From the NCBI GenBank assembly GCA_040235405.1, contig JBECKT010000051.1, forward strand, positions 6,879 to 70,878: a DNA stretch of 64,000 bases. Reading direction: 5' to 3'. Below, one piece after another: positions 53,718 through 62,900 of the stretch (positions within the stretch are counted from its first letter, which is position 1; each line of letters starts with the position of its first letter). The stretch is from Alcanivoracaceae bacterium (lineage in GTDB: Bacteria; Pseudomonadota; Gammaproteobacteria; Pseudomonadales; Alcanivoracaceae). Below the pieces are notes generated by a model. It ran no database searches. It saw only the letters and a program-made list of their open reading frames with translations, and was not told the origin of the DNA. The position numbers and the translations under genes are program-made.

Positions 53718-56099
53718 TCAATCCTCCCTGACCAGTTCAATAAACTGCTCCGGACTGATCCGCACCGCCGCGCCGGTCGGGCAGGCGCGCACACAGGCCG
53801 GGCCACCCTTGAGGTTGGCACACATGTCACACTTCACTGCTCGCTTCGGTGCGTCCTTGGCCTTGACCTTTTTGTGCTCGGCGCCGAACAGCACCCGGCT
53901 CCACAGCCCCGGCTGGGAACCACCGATCGGCGCCATCTGGATCACACCATAGGGGCAGTTGCTTTCACAGTTACCACAGCCGATGCAGTTGTCGGCAATC
54001 ACCACCTCGCCACTGGCATTACGACTGATCGCATCCGGCGGGCAATCTTTCATGCAATGCGGATGTTCGCAGTGACGACAGGAAGTCGGCACATGGATTG
54101 AGGCATAGCTTGGCCCGGCCTCACGATTCAGCCGCGAGGTACCACCGTGGGTGGAAGCGCAGGCGGTCTCACAGTTATCGCAACGCACGCACAGGGATTC
54201 GTCGATCAGCAACACATCGGTGGCTTCGCCCAGACCCTGACGCATCAGGAACGACAGCAGCTCACCACCTTCCGAGGAAGATTCCATGCTGGCATTGGCA
54301 CGCAGCCGCGCCTGCAGCTGCGTCTGCACCTGCGCCTTCAGTTTCGGGTCTCGCTCCAGCAAGGCGAGGAACGGCTCGCTTTTCATGACCACGGTTTCGG
54401 TCGGCACCACGGCGCGTACCGAAGCGGTACGGCGGGAATTACCAAGCAACCCCATTTCACCGACATATTTGCCCGCCGGCACATAGGACAGCACCACCTC
54501 GCGGCCTTGCAGGTAACGGGAAACCGTCAGTGAACCACGCCGCACCAGATGCAGCTCGTCACCGCTCTCGCCTTCGGCGAACAGGACCTCGCCGGGAGCG
54601 TACTGACGCAGCTCTGCCGAGTTCACCAGATCGGCCAGATCCTCCAGATTGGCGTTCGGCGCAAACTGGGAATGAATCGCACGCAGGATAAACACCTGAT
54701 CAATCCGCCGCCGCACTTCATCCACCGACGACAGCAATCGCAACATGGTCCGGCGCGGGGTTTCCACCAGCACACAATAGCGACCGGCATAAACCGTGGC
54801 ATTACGACGCCGGCCGGAAATCAGGCCCATCTCGCCAAAGAACTGACCTTCGCCAATGGTAACCCGTTTGCCGGTCTGTTCATCAATCTCGACCTCCACC
54901 GAACCTTCCACGACTGAGTAGAACGAGTTGGTGTAGTCATTGCGAGAGAAGATCACCTCGCCCGCCTTCGGCATGTGCACTTCGCTTTCCAGAATCAGCT
55001 CACGGAAACGCAGGCTGTTGACGGGACCGAAACAGAGCACATTGTTTTTGATCTTCTCCAGCGTCTGCTCGACGTCCAGTCCGAATGGCAAGCCAGAGAA
55101 CTTCTTTGCCAGCAAGCCATGATCCACCGGCTTGATATCGCGACCGAGAATATGCTCGATCACTTCATAACCCTGATTCATGGCCTGCTTGATCAGCGGA
55201 TAACCAGCCAATGCGCCGATCACATACAAGCCCGGCACATTCGATTCGTACTGATGAGTCAGTTCCGGCACCGCATTGGTTGATTTATTGGGAAACTGGA
55301 TGCCACAGGATTCGACAAAATCACGCGGCGGAATAGCGCCCAACCGGGCAATGATCCGATCCACTGGCACCTGCACTTCACCTTCGCCGGTACTCAGCGA
55401 CACCTGGGCCCGATGCTCACCATTACCCTGCACTTCAATACTACGCAGACTGCTGTTGAAAAATACCCTGATACGGCCGCGCTCAATGGCATCCTCAAGC
55501 AGGCTCAGGTTTCCTTCTTTGGCACGGGCAAATTCGTCGCGGCGATTGATCAGCGACACCTTGTTCTGGCGGGCCAGTGCCAGCGCGTTTTCAATCGCCG
55601 AATCCCCGGCGCCGACCACCATGATTTCTTCGTTCTGATATTCGTCCGGATCATCCAGCTGGTATTGCACAAATGGCTGGTCTTCACCCGGCACACCGAG
55701 CTTGCGTGGATTACCCTGCAGACCAATGGCCAGCACCACATGCTTTGCTCGCACGCTTTTGCCGCTGCGTGTCTGCAGCACGAAATCACCGCGTTGGCCA
55801 CTGATGGCCGTGACATCAGCATTCCAGCCAACCTTGATGCCAAGTTTTTTGGCATTCTTCAGCCAGACGGCAAGGATGTCCTCACGACTGCCAGCATCAA
55901 ATGGCAGGCTGCTACGCAACGGCAGAAGGCCTGGCTCCGCCATGACGTGCTTGCCTTTCTGATAGCGCTGAATGGTATTGGCCAGATGGGTCGTGCTTTC
56001 CAGCAACAGGTGCGACAACCCCAGTTCAGCGGCACGGCCAGCGGCGCTGAGGCCCGCCGGGCCGGAGCCGACAATAACAACTTCAAAACGGTTTTCCAT
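53718..56099 (-). CDS. Cytoplasmic fusion protein: FAD/NAD(P)-dependent pyridine-nucleotide-disulfide-type oxidoreductase + 2 cyclic-nucleotide-binding domains + four-cluster [4Fe-4S] ferredoxin
   Basis: Dinucleotide motifs VVIVGSGPAGLSAAGRA and IMVVGAGDSAIENA. cNMP motifs FFGEMGLISGRRRNATVYA and YVGEMGLLGNSRRTASVRA. Cys motifs CVRCDNCETAC, CRHCEHPHCMKDCP, CIGCGNCESNCP and CDMCANLKGGPACVRACP. No signal or Tat motif. Confidence 0.85.
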   Translation of the reverse strand: MENRFEVVIVGSGPAGLSAAGRAAELGLSHLLLESTTHLANTIQRYQKGKHVMAEPGLLPLRSSLPFDAGSREDILAVWLKNAKKLGIKVGWNADVTAISGQRGDFVLQTRSGKSVRAKHVVLAIGLQGNPRKLGVPGEDQPFVQYQLDDPDEYQNEEIMVVGAGDSAIENALALARQNKVSLINRRDEFARAKEGNLSLLEDAIERGRIRVFFNSSLRSIEVQGNGEHRAQVSLSTGEGEVQVPVDRIIARLGAIPPRDFVESCGIQFPNKSTNAVPELTHQYESNVPGLYVIGALAGYPLIKQAMNQGYEVIEHILGRDIKPVDHGLLAKKFSGLPFGLDVEQTLEKIKNNVLCFGPVNSLRFRELILESEVHMPKAGEVIFSRNDYTNSFYSVVEGSVEVEIDEQTGKRVTIGEGQFFGEMGLISGRRRNATVYAGRYCVLVETPRRTMLRLLSSVDEVRRRIDQVFILRAIHSQFAPNANLEDLADLVNSAELRQYAPGEVLFAEGESGDELHLVRRGSLTVSRYLQGREVVLSYVPAGKYVGEMGLLGNSRRTASVRAVVPTETVVMKSEPFLALLERDPKLKAQVQTQLQARLRANASMESSSEGGELLSFLMRQGLGEATDVLLIDESLCVRCDNCETACASTHGGTSRLNREAGPSYASIHVPTSCRHCEHPHCMKDCPPDAISRNASGEVVIADNCIGCGNCESNCPYGVIQMAPIGGSQPGLWSRVLFGAEHKKVKAKDAPKRAVKCDMCANLKGGPACVRACPTGAAVRISPEQFIELVRED

Positions 56100-56382
56100 A
56101 AGTCCTTGCGGCCTTGTCCCTGATCCCCGTCACGCCGACGGCCGAGTACGAGGATGATAAGCGGTTACACCCCCTGTTCCCATGACGTTTTCCACCGAAC
56201 CGGGGTTTCTTCTCAGTTAGCCGGAAACGGAATCCATCTGGTCAGCTGAATTACCTAAACGATTCCTAGGCCGACCTCGCCAATTTACTGTCGCTGTGAT
56301 GCAAGACCCACATTTTGGGAGTAAAACGCACTACAAGGATGGGAACATAACAACCCGCACGCTTCACAGGGAGTGATTCGTC

Positions 56383-57552
56383 ATGTTTCGTCATGGTGTG
56401 TTTGGTCTGCTACTCGTCAGCGGCTGCCTGGGAGCCTTCACATGCGTGGCAGCCGAGGCTGATTGCCGCGGTTCAGCCAAAGTGCCGACCCAAGAACAAA
56501 GTCGCCAGGTGCTACTGGCGCTGAGCGAAGCAGATCAGGGCAACCGGCGTTCGCTACTGGAACAGTATCTGGCCAATCCGCCCACCAGAATCACTGCCGT
56601 GGAACAGGTAGCACTGAACCGCTCACGTCTGGCGCTGGCCGCCGACTACCTGACCGAATCCCGTTTTCCGGAAGCCCGCGAGCTGCTCAGCGCCATTGAG
56701 CTGGATAGCCCGATTGCCGTGCAGGCATCGCTGTTACTGGCCGAATCGTTCCGGCTGGAAGGGGATCATGCCCGCTCGGCGCAGTGGATGCTGCGCACCG
56801 GCCAGCGCTACGGCGCCGACCCGGATGCCCTGAAAAGTATGCTGGAGCAAGCCAATGAGCTGCGCTATCAGGGTGAACAGCAACAGGCCTTTGCCCTCTA
56901 CAATATGGTTCAGAGCCAGATTCTGAGTAATGCCGAACAGGTCGGCTCATTACGCAGCGAAGCTGACCGCCTGATTGCACAACTGCTGCGCACCCGTCTG
57001 GATGAAAGCCGCGCCGCCCAGAGCCAGATGCTCAAGCAGATGATCAATGACACCGACAGCAGCCTGCTGATGGACCTTGGCGCACTGGCACGTAGCACCG
57101 GGCTGCGCGAGTGCCTGGAAAAGCAGCAACGAAAAATCTCCGAAGCCGCGTTTGAGAATTCCGCCCAGCAGGCCCGAATCACCCCGTTCCTGACCATGCT
57201 CGACCGCGAGGAAGGCATGATGACGCGGCGGCTGGAGCAGCTTGGCGAGCCAACTCAGCCTGACCAGCAAGCCGAGCAAGAGGAAATCCGGCAGCAACTG
57301 GAAGCGCTGCGCAGTCGCCGTCAGGCCCTGCTTGATGAACAGCAACAGCTGCCCGGTGAGGCCGCCCGGGCGCACCGGGAAATTGCTGACAGGATTGCCG
57401 CACTGGATGAACAGAACGCGCAACGTCGCCAGCGGATCCGCGAGCAGCTCGACCTGGTCAGCAGCGAACTGATGACCCGCTACCGTGAGCTGGCAGCAGA
57501 AAGCCAGTACGGCCGCGCCACCCTGCTGGCCGAGCGCCACAGCGGCGGCTGA
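56383..57552 (+). CDS. Secreted hypothetical protein, helical/TPR-like N-terminal half and Gln/Arg/Glu-rich coiled-coil C-terminal half
   Basis: AGGGAG RBS and ATG at 56383. Signal peptide MFRHGVFGLLLVSGCLGAFTCVAA. I recognise no family. Confidence 0.55.
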   Translation: MFRHGVFGLLLVSGCLGAFTCVAAEADCRGSAKVPTQEQSRQVLLALSEADQGNRRSLLEQYLANPPTRITAVEQVALNRSRLALAADYLTESRFPEARELLSAIELDSPIAVQASLLLAESFRLEGDHARSAQWMLRTGQRYGADPDALKSMLEQANELRYQGEQQQAFALYNMVQSQILSNAEQVGSLRSEADRLIAQLLRTRLDESRAAQSQMLKQMINDTDSSLLMDLGALARSTGLRECLEKQQRKISEAAFENSAQQARITPFLTMLDREEGMMTRRLEQLGEPTQPDQQAEQEEIRQQLEALRSRRQALLDEQQQLPGEAARAHREIADRIAALDEQNAQRRQRIREQLDLVSSELMTRYRELAAESQYGRATLLAERHSGG

Positions 57553-57575
57553 GGTTTTTTAACGAATCACTTGCA

Positions 57576-57595
57576 TTACTGTTCATATGGACAGT
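57576..57595. promoter_or_regulatory. LexA (SOS) box upstream of imuA
   Basis: TACTGTTCATATGGACAGTA is a perfect CTGT-N8-ACAG palindrome, 38 nt upstream of the imuA ATG. Confidence 0.8.
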
Positions 57596-57632
57596 AATCT
57601 AGGCAGCACTGACCACTTGTACAGGTGCCGCC

Positions 57633-58439
57633 ATGATTCCGCTGACCTCAACCCCCGACCAGACCACCGCGCTGAATGCCGTCCTGGAACGTCCTGGCAT
57701 CTGGCGCGGCCGCCCTGCCGCCAATACCGAGCTGGCCAGCGACAGCGGCTTCCCTGCCCTGAATGACGCCCTGCACCTGCGTGGCTGGCCGGCGGCCGGG
57801 CTGGTCGAGCTGCTTTGCAGTGGCCCCTGCCCACAGGCTTTGCGGCTGATGCTGCCGGTCATGGCCAGCCGGGCCGACGGCCTGGTACTACTGGCCAACC
57901 CACCGGCCCGGCCACGCGCGGAAACCCTGCAACAGGCCGGCATCAAGAGCCAGCGCCTGCTGGTGATGCGCAGTGAACGTCAGGACACCTTGCTGCAGGC
58001 CTGTCACGAAGCGCTCGCCAGTGGCGCCGTCAGCACACTGGTGATCTGGCTACCGGAAAACATGGACGACCAGACCAGCCTGCGGCGCCTGCATCTGGCC
58101 GCCCGCGAAGGTCGCTGTCTGCTGGTGGCCATGCGCCCGGCCAGCGTTGCCGATCGTCCCTCCCCGGCCAGTTTGCGCCTGCGCCTGCGGGCGCAACCGC
58201 CGGCCCATCTGGCGGTGGATGTGATCAAGCAGCCTGGCGGCTGGGGTGGCCAGCAGATCCATCTGGCCCTGCTGCCGGAACGCCTGAGCCAGCCACTGGC
58301 GGCCAGCCGTGATATGCCGGCACCGCCGCGGCTACGGGAAAAACAGAAAGCCGCACCTGGCTACCGCGACCCGGACAGCCGTTTTGCCTGGCGCCGCCCG
58401 GCAGCGACGCTGCCCAGCCTGCAAAACCTGCCGTTCTGA
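57633..58439 (+). CDS. imuA: Translesion-synthesis-associated protein ImuA (SulA/RecA-fold-like)
   Basis: GIWRG...SGFPALNDALHLRGWPAAGLVELL is typical of ImuA. It is first in the imuA-imuB-dnaE2 arrangement. Confidence 0.75.
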   Translation: MIPLTSTPDQTTALNAVLERPGIWRGRPAANTELASDSGFPALNDALHLRGWPAAGLVELLCSGPCPQALRLMLPVMASRADGLVLLANPPARPRAETLQQAGIKSQRLLVMRSERQDTLLQACHEALASGAVSTLVIWLPENMDDQTSLRRLHLAAREGRCLLVAMRPASVADRPSPASLRLRLRAQPPAHLAVDVIKQPGGWGGQQIHLALLPERLSQPLAASRDMPAPPRLREKQKAAPGYRDPDSRFAWRRPAATLPSLQNLPF

Positions 58440-58469
58440 TTTGTTGCATGACATACCCGGCGGTGGTCC

Positions 58470-59939
58470 GTGAGCCTGTGGCTGGCACTGCGTTTCCCGC
58501 AGCTGAAAATCGACGCCCTGCCAACGGCCAGCGCTGGCGAACCGCTGGTAGTGCGCGAGCAGCATCGGCTGGCGGCAGTAAATGCTGCGGCCTTCGAACA
58601 GGGCGTACAGGCGGGCATGAAGGTCGGCACCGCCCTCGCCCTGTGCGATGCATTGCAGATTTACGCACGGCAACCGGCCGCAGAACAACACTGGCTTGAG
58701 CAGCAGGCCCGGGCACTGGGCCGGTTCACACCGATGATTACCCACGACGACAATTGTCTGCTGCTGGAAATCGGCAGCTCATTACGGCTGTTCCGCGGAC
58801 TGGATACATTGCTGTCGCGGTTGCTGCGACAATTGCCCGCTGCAACAGAGTGCCACCCCGGCCTTGGCCACACTCCGCTTGCCGCGCAGATTCTCAGCCA
58901 GCTGCCACTGGCCGACAGCCGCGCCTGTATTGTTCTGAAAGACAGCCAACCGGAAATTTCCGCCGGCCGGCAAGCACTGCTGCAATTACTGGCGCGACAA
59001 CCGCTGGATCAGTTGCCGCTACCAGCCGCATTGAAAACCTCGTTACAGGGGCCGGGGCTGCGCACTCTGGGTGATTTGCTGGCGCTGCCGGACGGCGCCC
59101 TGCAGCGTCGCTTCGGCAGGAACCTGACGGACTGGCTGGCACGACTACGCGGCGACAAAGCCGACCTGCGCCAGCCGATCATCTCGCCGCAGCGTTTTCT
59201 GGTCACGCTGGAATTTGATGAGCCGGTTTCCGGCAGCGCACGCTTGCTGCCACTGATGCAACAGTTGCTGGAGCAGATGCAGGTCTGGCTGACCCGCCAT
59301 CAGCTGCAGGTGCGCGCCATTCGCTGGATCTTTTTTCCGTTACGCGGTGAACCGGATCGACTGCTGGTACGCCGCGCCGGGGCGGATCATCGCGCCGATG
59401 CCTGGCTGGATCTGTCACGCCGCCATCTGGAGCACACCCGACTGACCGCGCCGGCACTGAGGCTGACCCTGGAAGCCGGCCGACTACTGCCCATGGCGGC
59501 GCCACCGGCACATCTGTTTGCCGCACTGGAGCGCCCGGCAGCACGCGAATTGCTGGAAAAACTCGCCAACCTGCCCGGCTTGTCGCTGTATCAGCCAACA
59601 ACAGCGGACAGCCACCTGCCGGAACAGAATGAAATGCGCAGCGATCCGCTGGCACCAAACCGAACAGAGTCCTTTTTGCCGCTCTCCAGCTTTGTCGATG
59701 CGCCACTGTGGCTGCTGGAGCAACCCCTGCCACTACGCAGCCGCCAGCAACAGATATTCTGGCGCGGTGCTGCACTGGAGTTATTGCCCGGCCTGCGACA
59801 GTTCAATGAACCCTGGTGGCAAGCGCATCAGGGCTGGCAGCGTCATTACCACATTGGCCGACATCCGCTCGGCATTCACTGCTGGTTATTCCAGCAGGGG
59901 GATGGCGAAGGAGCGTGGTTTTTACACGGTTTCTTCTGA
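58470..59939 (+). CDS. imuB: Y-family-polymerase-like protein ImuB
   Basis: GTG start. LWLALRFPQLKIDAL...PLVV... is typical of the ImuB N-terminus. It lies directly upstream of dnaE2, with a 2-nt gap. Confidence 0.8.
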   Translation: MSLWLALRFPQLKIDALPTASAGEPLVVREQHRLAAVNAAAFEQGVQAGMKVGTALALCDALQIYARQPAAEQHWLEQQARALGRFTPMITHDDNCLLLEIGSSLRLFRGLDTLLSRLLRQLPAATECHPGLGHTPLAAQILSQLPLADSRACIVLKDSQPEISAGRQALLQLLARQPLDQLPLPAALKTSLQGPGLRTLGDLLALPDGALQRRFGRNLTDWLARLRGDKADLRQPIISPQRFLVTLEFDEPVSGSARLLPLMQQLLEQMQVWLTRHQLQVRAIRWIFFPLRGEPDRLLVRRAGADHRADAWLDLSRRHLEHTRLTAPALRLTLEAGRLLPMAAPPAHLFAALERPAARELLEKLANLPGLSLYQPTTADSHLPEQNEMRSDPLAPNRTESFLPLSSFVDAPLWLLEQPLPLRSRQQQIFWRGAALELLPGLRQFNEPWWQAHQGWQRHYHIGRHPLGIHCWLFQQGDGEGAWFLHGFF

Positions 59940-59941
59940 CC

Positions 59942-62900
59942 ATGAAAAAATCCGCGCGCGGCTTTGCCGAACTACACTGCCGATCCGCCTTCAGCTTTCT
60001 GACCGGCGCCAGCCAGCCGGAGGAATTGGTGGCACGTGCTGCAGCGCTCGGTTATCAGGCCCTGGCGATCACCGATGAGTGTTCGCTGGCCGGCATAGTG
60101 CGCGCCCATCAGGCGGCACGTGAGCACAGCCTGAAACTGATTACCGGCAGTCAGTTCCGGATCGAGGATAACGAATCAGACAAGCCCCTGAACCTGATCC
60201 TGCTGGTGCCACAGCGTCAGGCCTACAGTGAACTGTGCGCCCTGATCAGCCGCGGCCGCCGGCGCGGCGAAAAAGGCCAGTACCAGTTGCACTGGAAAGA
60301 TCTGACTCGGCTGGTCCAGCGCTGCCTGTGTCTTTGGCTACCCGCTTTTGATCGGCAACAGGACCTCGATCAGGGCACCAGACTGAAAGCGCATTTCCCT
60401 GATCGACTCTGGATTGCCTGCGAGCTGTTGCAGGAAGAACACGACGGCGCCCGCTATCAGTACCTGTGGCAACTGGCCAGCGCGCTTGACCTGCCGATGC
60501 TGGCCAGCAATGACGTGCATATGCATGTTGCCGAGCGGCAACCGCTGCAGGATGTGCTAACTGCCCTGCGCTATCGTTGCACCGTACAGACCCTCGGCCG
60601 CCGCCGCTTCCTTAACGACCAGCGCCACCTGCGCCCACTGGCTGCACTCAGTGAAATTTACCCTCAGGCATTACTTGCAGAGAGCCTGCATATCGCCGGG
60701 CTATGCCAGTTCTCCCTGAGTGAACTGCGCTACCAGTATCCCCGTGAGGCGATTCCAGCCGGCATCAGTGCCGCCGACTGGCTCCGGCAGCTGGTCTATC
60801 AGGGCGCCGCACTGCGCTGGCCCAACGGTGCGCCGAATGGAGTGCACAGCCTGCTGGAAAAGGAACTGGCCCTGATCAGCGAGCTGCGTTACGAGGCCTA
60901 CTTTCTGACCGTGCATGACATCGTCATGTTTGCCCGCAACCAGCACATTCTCTGCCAGGGTCGCGGCTCAGCCGCCAACTCGGCGGTCTGTTATTGTCTG
61001 TTTATCACCGAAGTTGACCCGTCACGCAGCCAGCTGCTGTTCGAGCGTTTCATTTCCCGCGAGCGTGACGAGGCGCCGGATATCGATGTCGATTTCGAAC
61101 ATGAACGGCGCGAAGAAGTGATCCAGTACATCTACCGGAAATATGGCCGCAACCACGCCGCCCTCGCCGCCACGGTGATCCGCTACCGGATGCGCTCGGC
61201 GGTGCGCGATGTTGGCCGCGCACTGGGCATGGACATGGCCATTCTCGATCAGCTCAGCCGCAACCTGGCCTGGTGGGACAAGCGCGAAGAACTGCCACAG
61301 CGATTCCGCGAAGCCGGCCTGCACGACACCAGCCTGACCCGCCACTATCTGACACTGGTGAATCAGCTGCTCGGCTTTCCTCGCCATCTTTCCCAGCATG
61401 TCGGCGGTTTTGTTATCACCCATGAGCCGCTGCATACACTGGTGCCGGTGGAAAATGCCGCCATGATTGATCGCACCATTATCCAGTGGGACAAGGATGA
61501 TCTGGAAAGTATCGGCCTGATGAAGGTGGATGTGCTGGCACTCGGCATGCTCACCGCGATCCGCAAGATGCTGGACCTGATCAACCAGACACACACATCG
61601 GGAGCTGTAGGAGCCGTCGATCGACGGCGAGAAGATTTCGCGGCCGATCGGCCGCTCCTACAGGGAAATCAGTCATCCACACCGCCACTCACCTTGCAGA
61701 ATATTCCACCGGAAGACCCCGCCACCTATGCCATGCTGCAGAAAGGCGACAGCGTCGGCGTGTTTCAGGTGGAGTCGCGGGCACAGATGAACATGCTGCC
61801 GCGTCTTAAACCGGAAAGATTCTACGATCTGGTCATTGAAGTGGCGATTGTCCGCCCCGGCCCGATTCAGGGTGACATGGTGCATCCCTACCTGCGCCGA
61901 CGAAACAACGAGGAAGCAGTCGATTATCCGGATGCGCGCATCAAGGGCGTGCTGGAGCGAACACTGGGCATTCCGATTTTTCAGGAACAGGTGATCCAGC
62001 TGGTAATGGTAGCCGCCGGCTTCAGTGGCGGCGAGGCAGACCAGCTGCGCCGGGCCATGGCCAGCTGGGGCAAGGACGGCACCCTGTTCCGGTTTGAAGA
62101 CAAGGTGATTCAGGGCATGCTGAAAAATGGTTACAGCCTTGATTATGCCAACCGTATTTTTGAACAGATGAAGGGTTTTGGTGGTTATGGTTTTCCCGAA
62201 TCCCACGCCGCCAGTTTTGCCCTGCTGGTGTATGTGTCGGCCTGGTTCAAGCGTCATCACAGCAGCGCATTTTACTGTGGCCTGCTCAACAGTTTGCCGA
62301 TGGGATTCTATTCCCCGTCACAACTGCTGCAGGACGCCCGTCGCCATGGCATTGAAGTCCGCCCGCCGGACAGCGATCACAGCCACTGGGATTACACCCT
62401 GGAAAACAGCGAGCGGCTGGCGCTGGGCGTGCAACCGGCGATCCGCATCGGCCTGCGCCAGATCAGCGGTTTCAATATGGAGGCGGCGGATCGCATTGTT
62501 GCGGCAAGGCAGCAACAGCCGTTCAGCAATATTCAGGACCTCTGCAGCCGCGCCAACCTTAACCGGAACGAACGGGAGTGTCTGGTAGCGGCCAATGCAG
62601 TACGACGATTAAGCGGCCATCGTCATCAGGGCTACTGGGACATGCTCGGCGTCGAGGAATCGCGACCACTGTTCGGCAAGGAGCAACACGATATCCGCGA
62701 CGGCATTTTTCTTGATGCGCCTTCGGAGATGGACACCATGCTGGCCGATTATCGCGCCCTGTCACTGACCACCGGCCGTCATCCGCTCGCCCTGCTGCGA
62801 CATCAGGAACCGTTCCGCAGCGCCTGCTCTGCAGCAACCCTGAGAAAAGCGCGGCACGGTCAACTGGTGCGGGTTGCTGGCCTGATCACCAACCGGCAAC

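Noticed and set aside
56295-56312. CRP-like sequence TGTGATGCAAGACCCACA in the operon control region.
   Set aside because: The left half-site is perfect, but the right half matches TCACA at only 3 of 5 positions at the canonical N6 spacing. It is not convincing without a comparative footprint.
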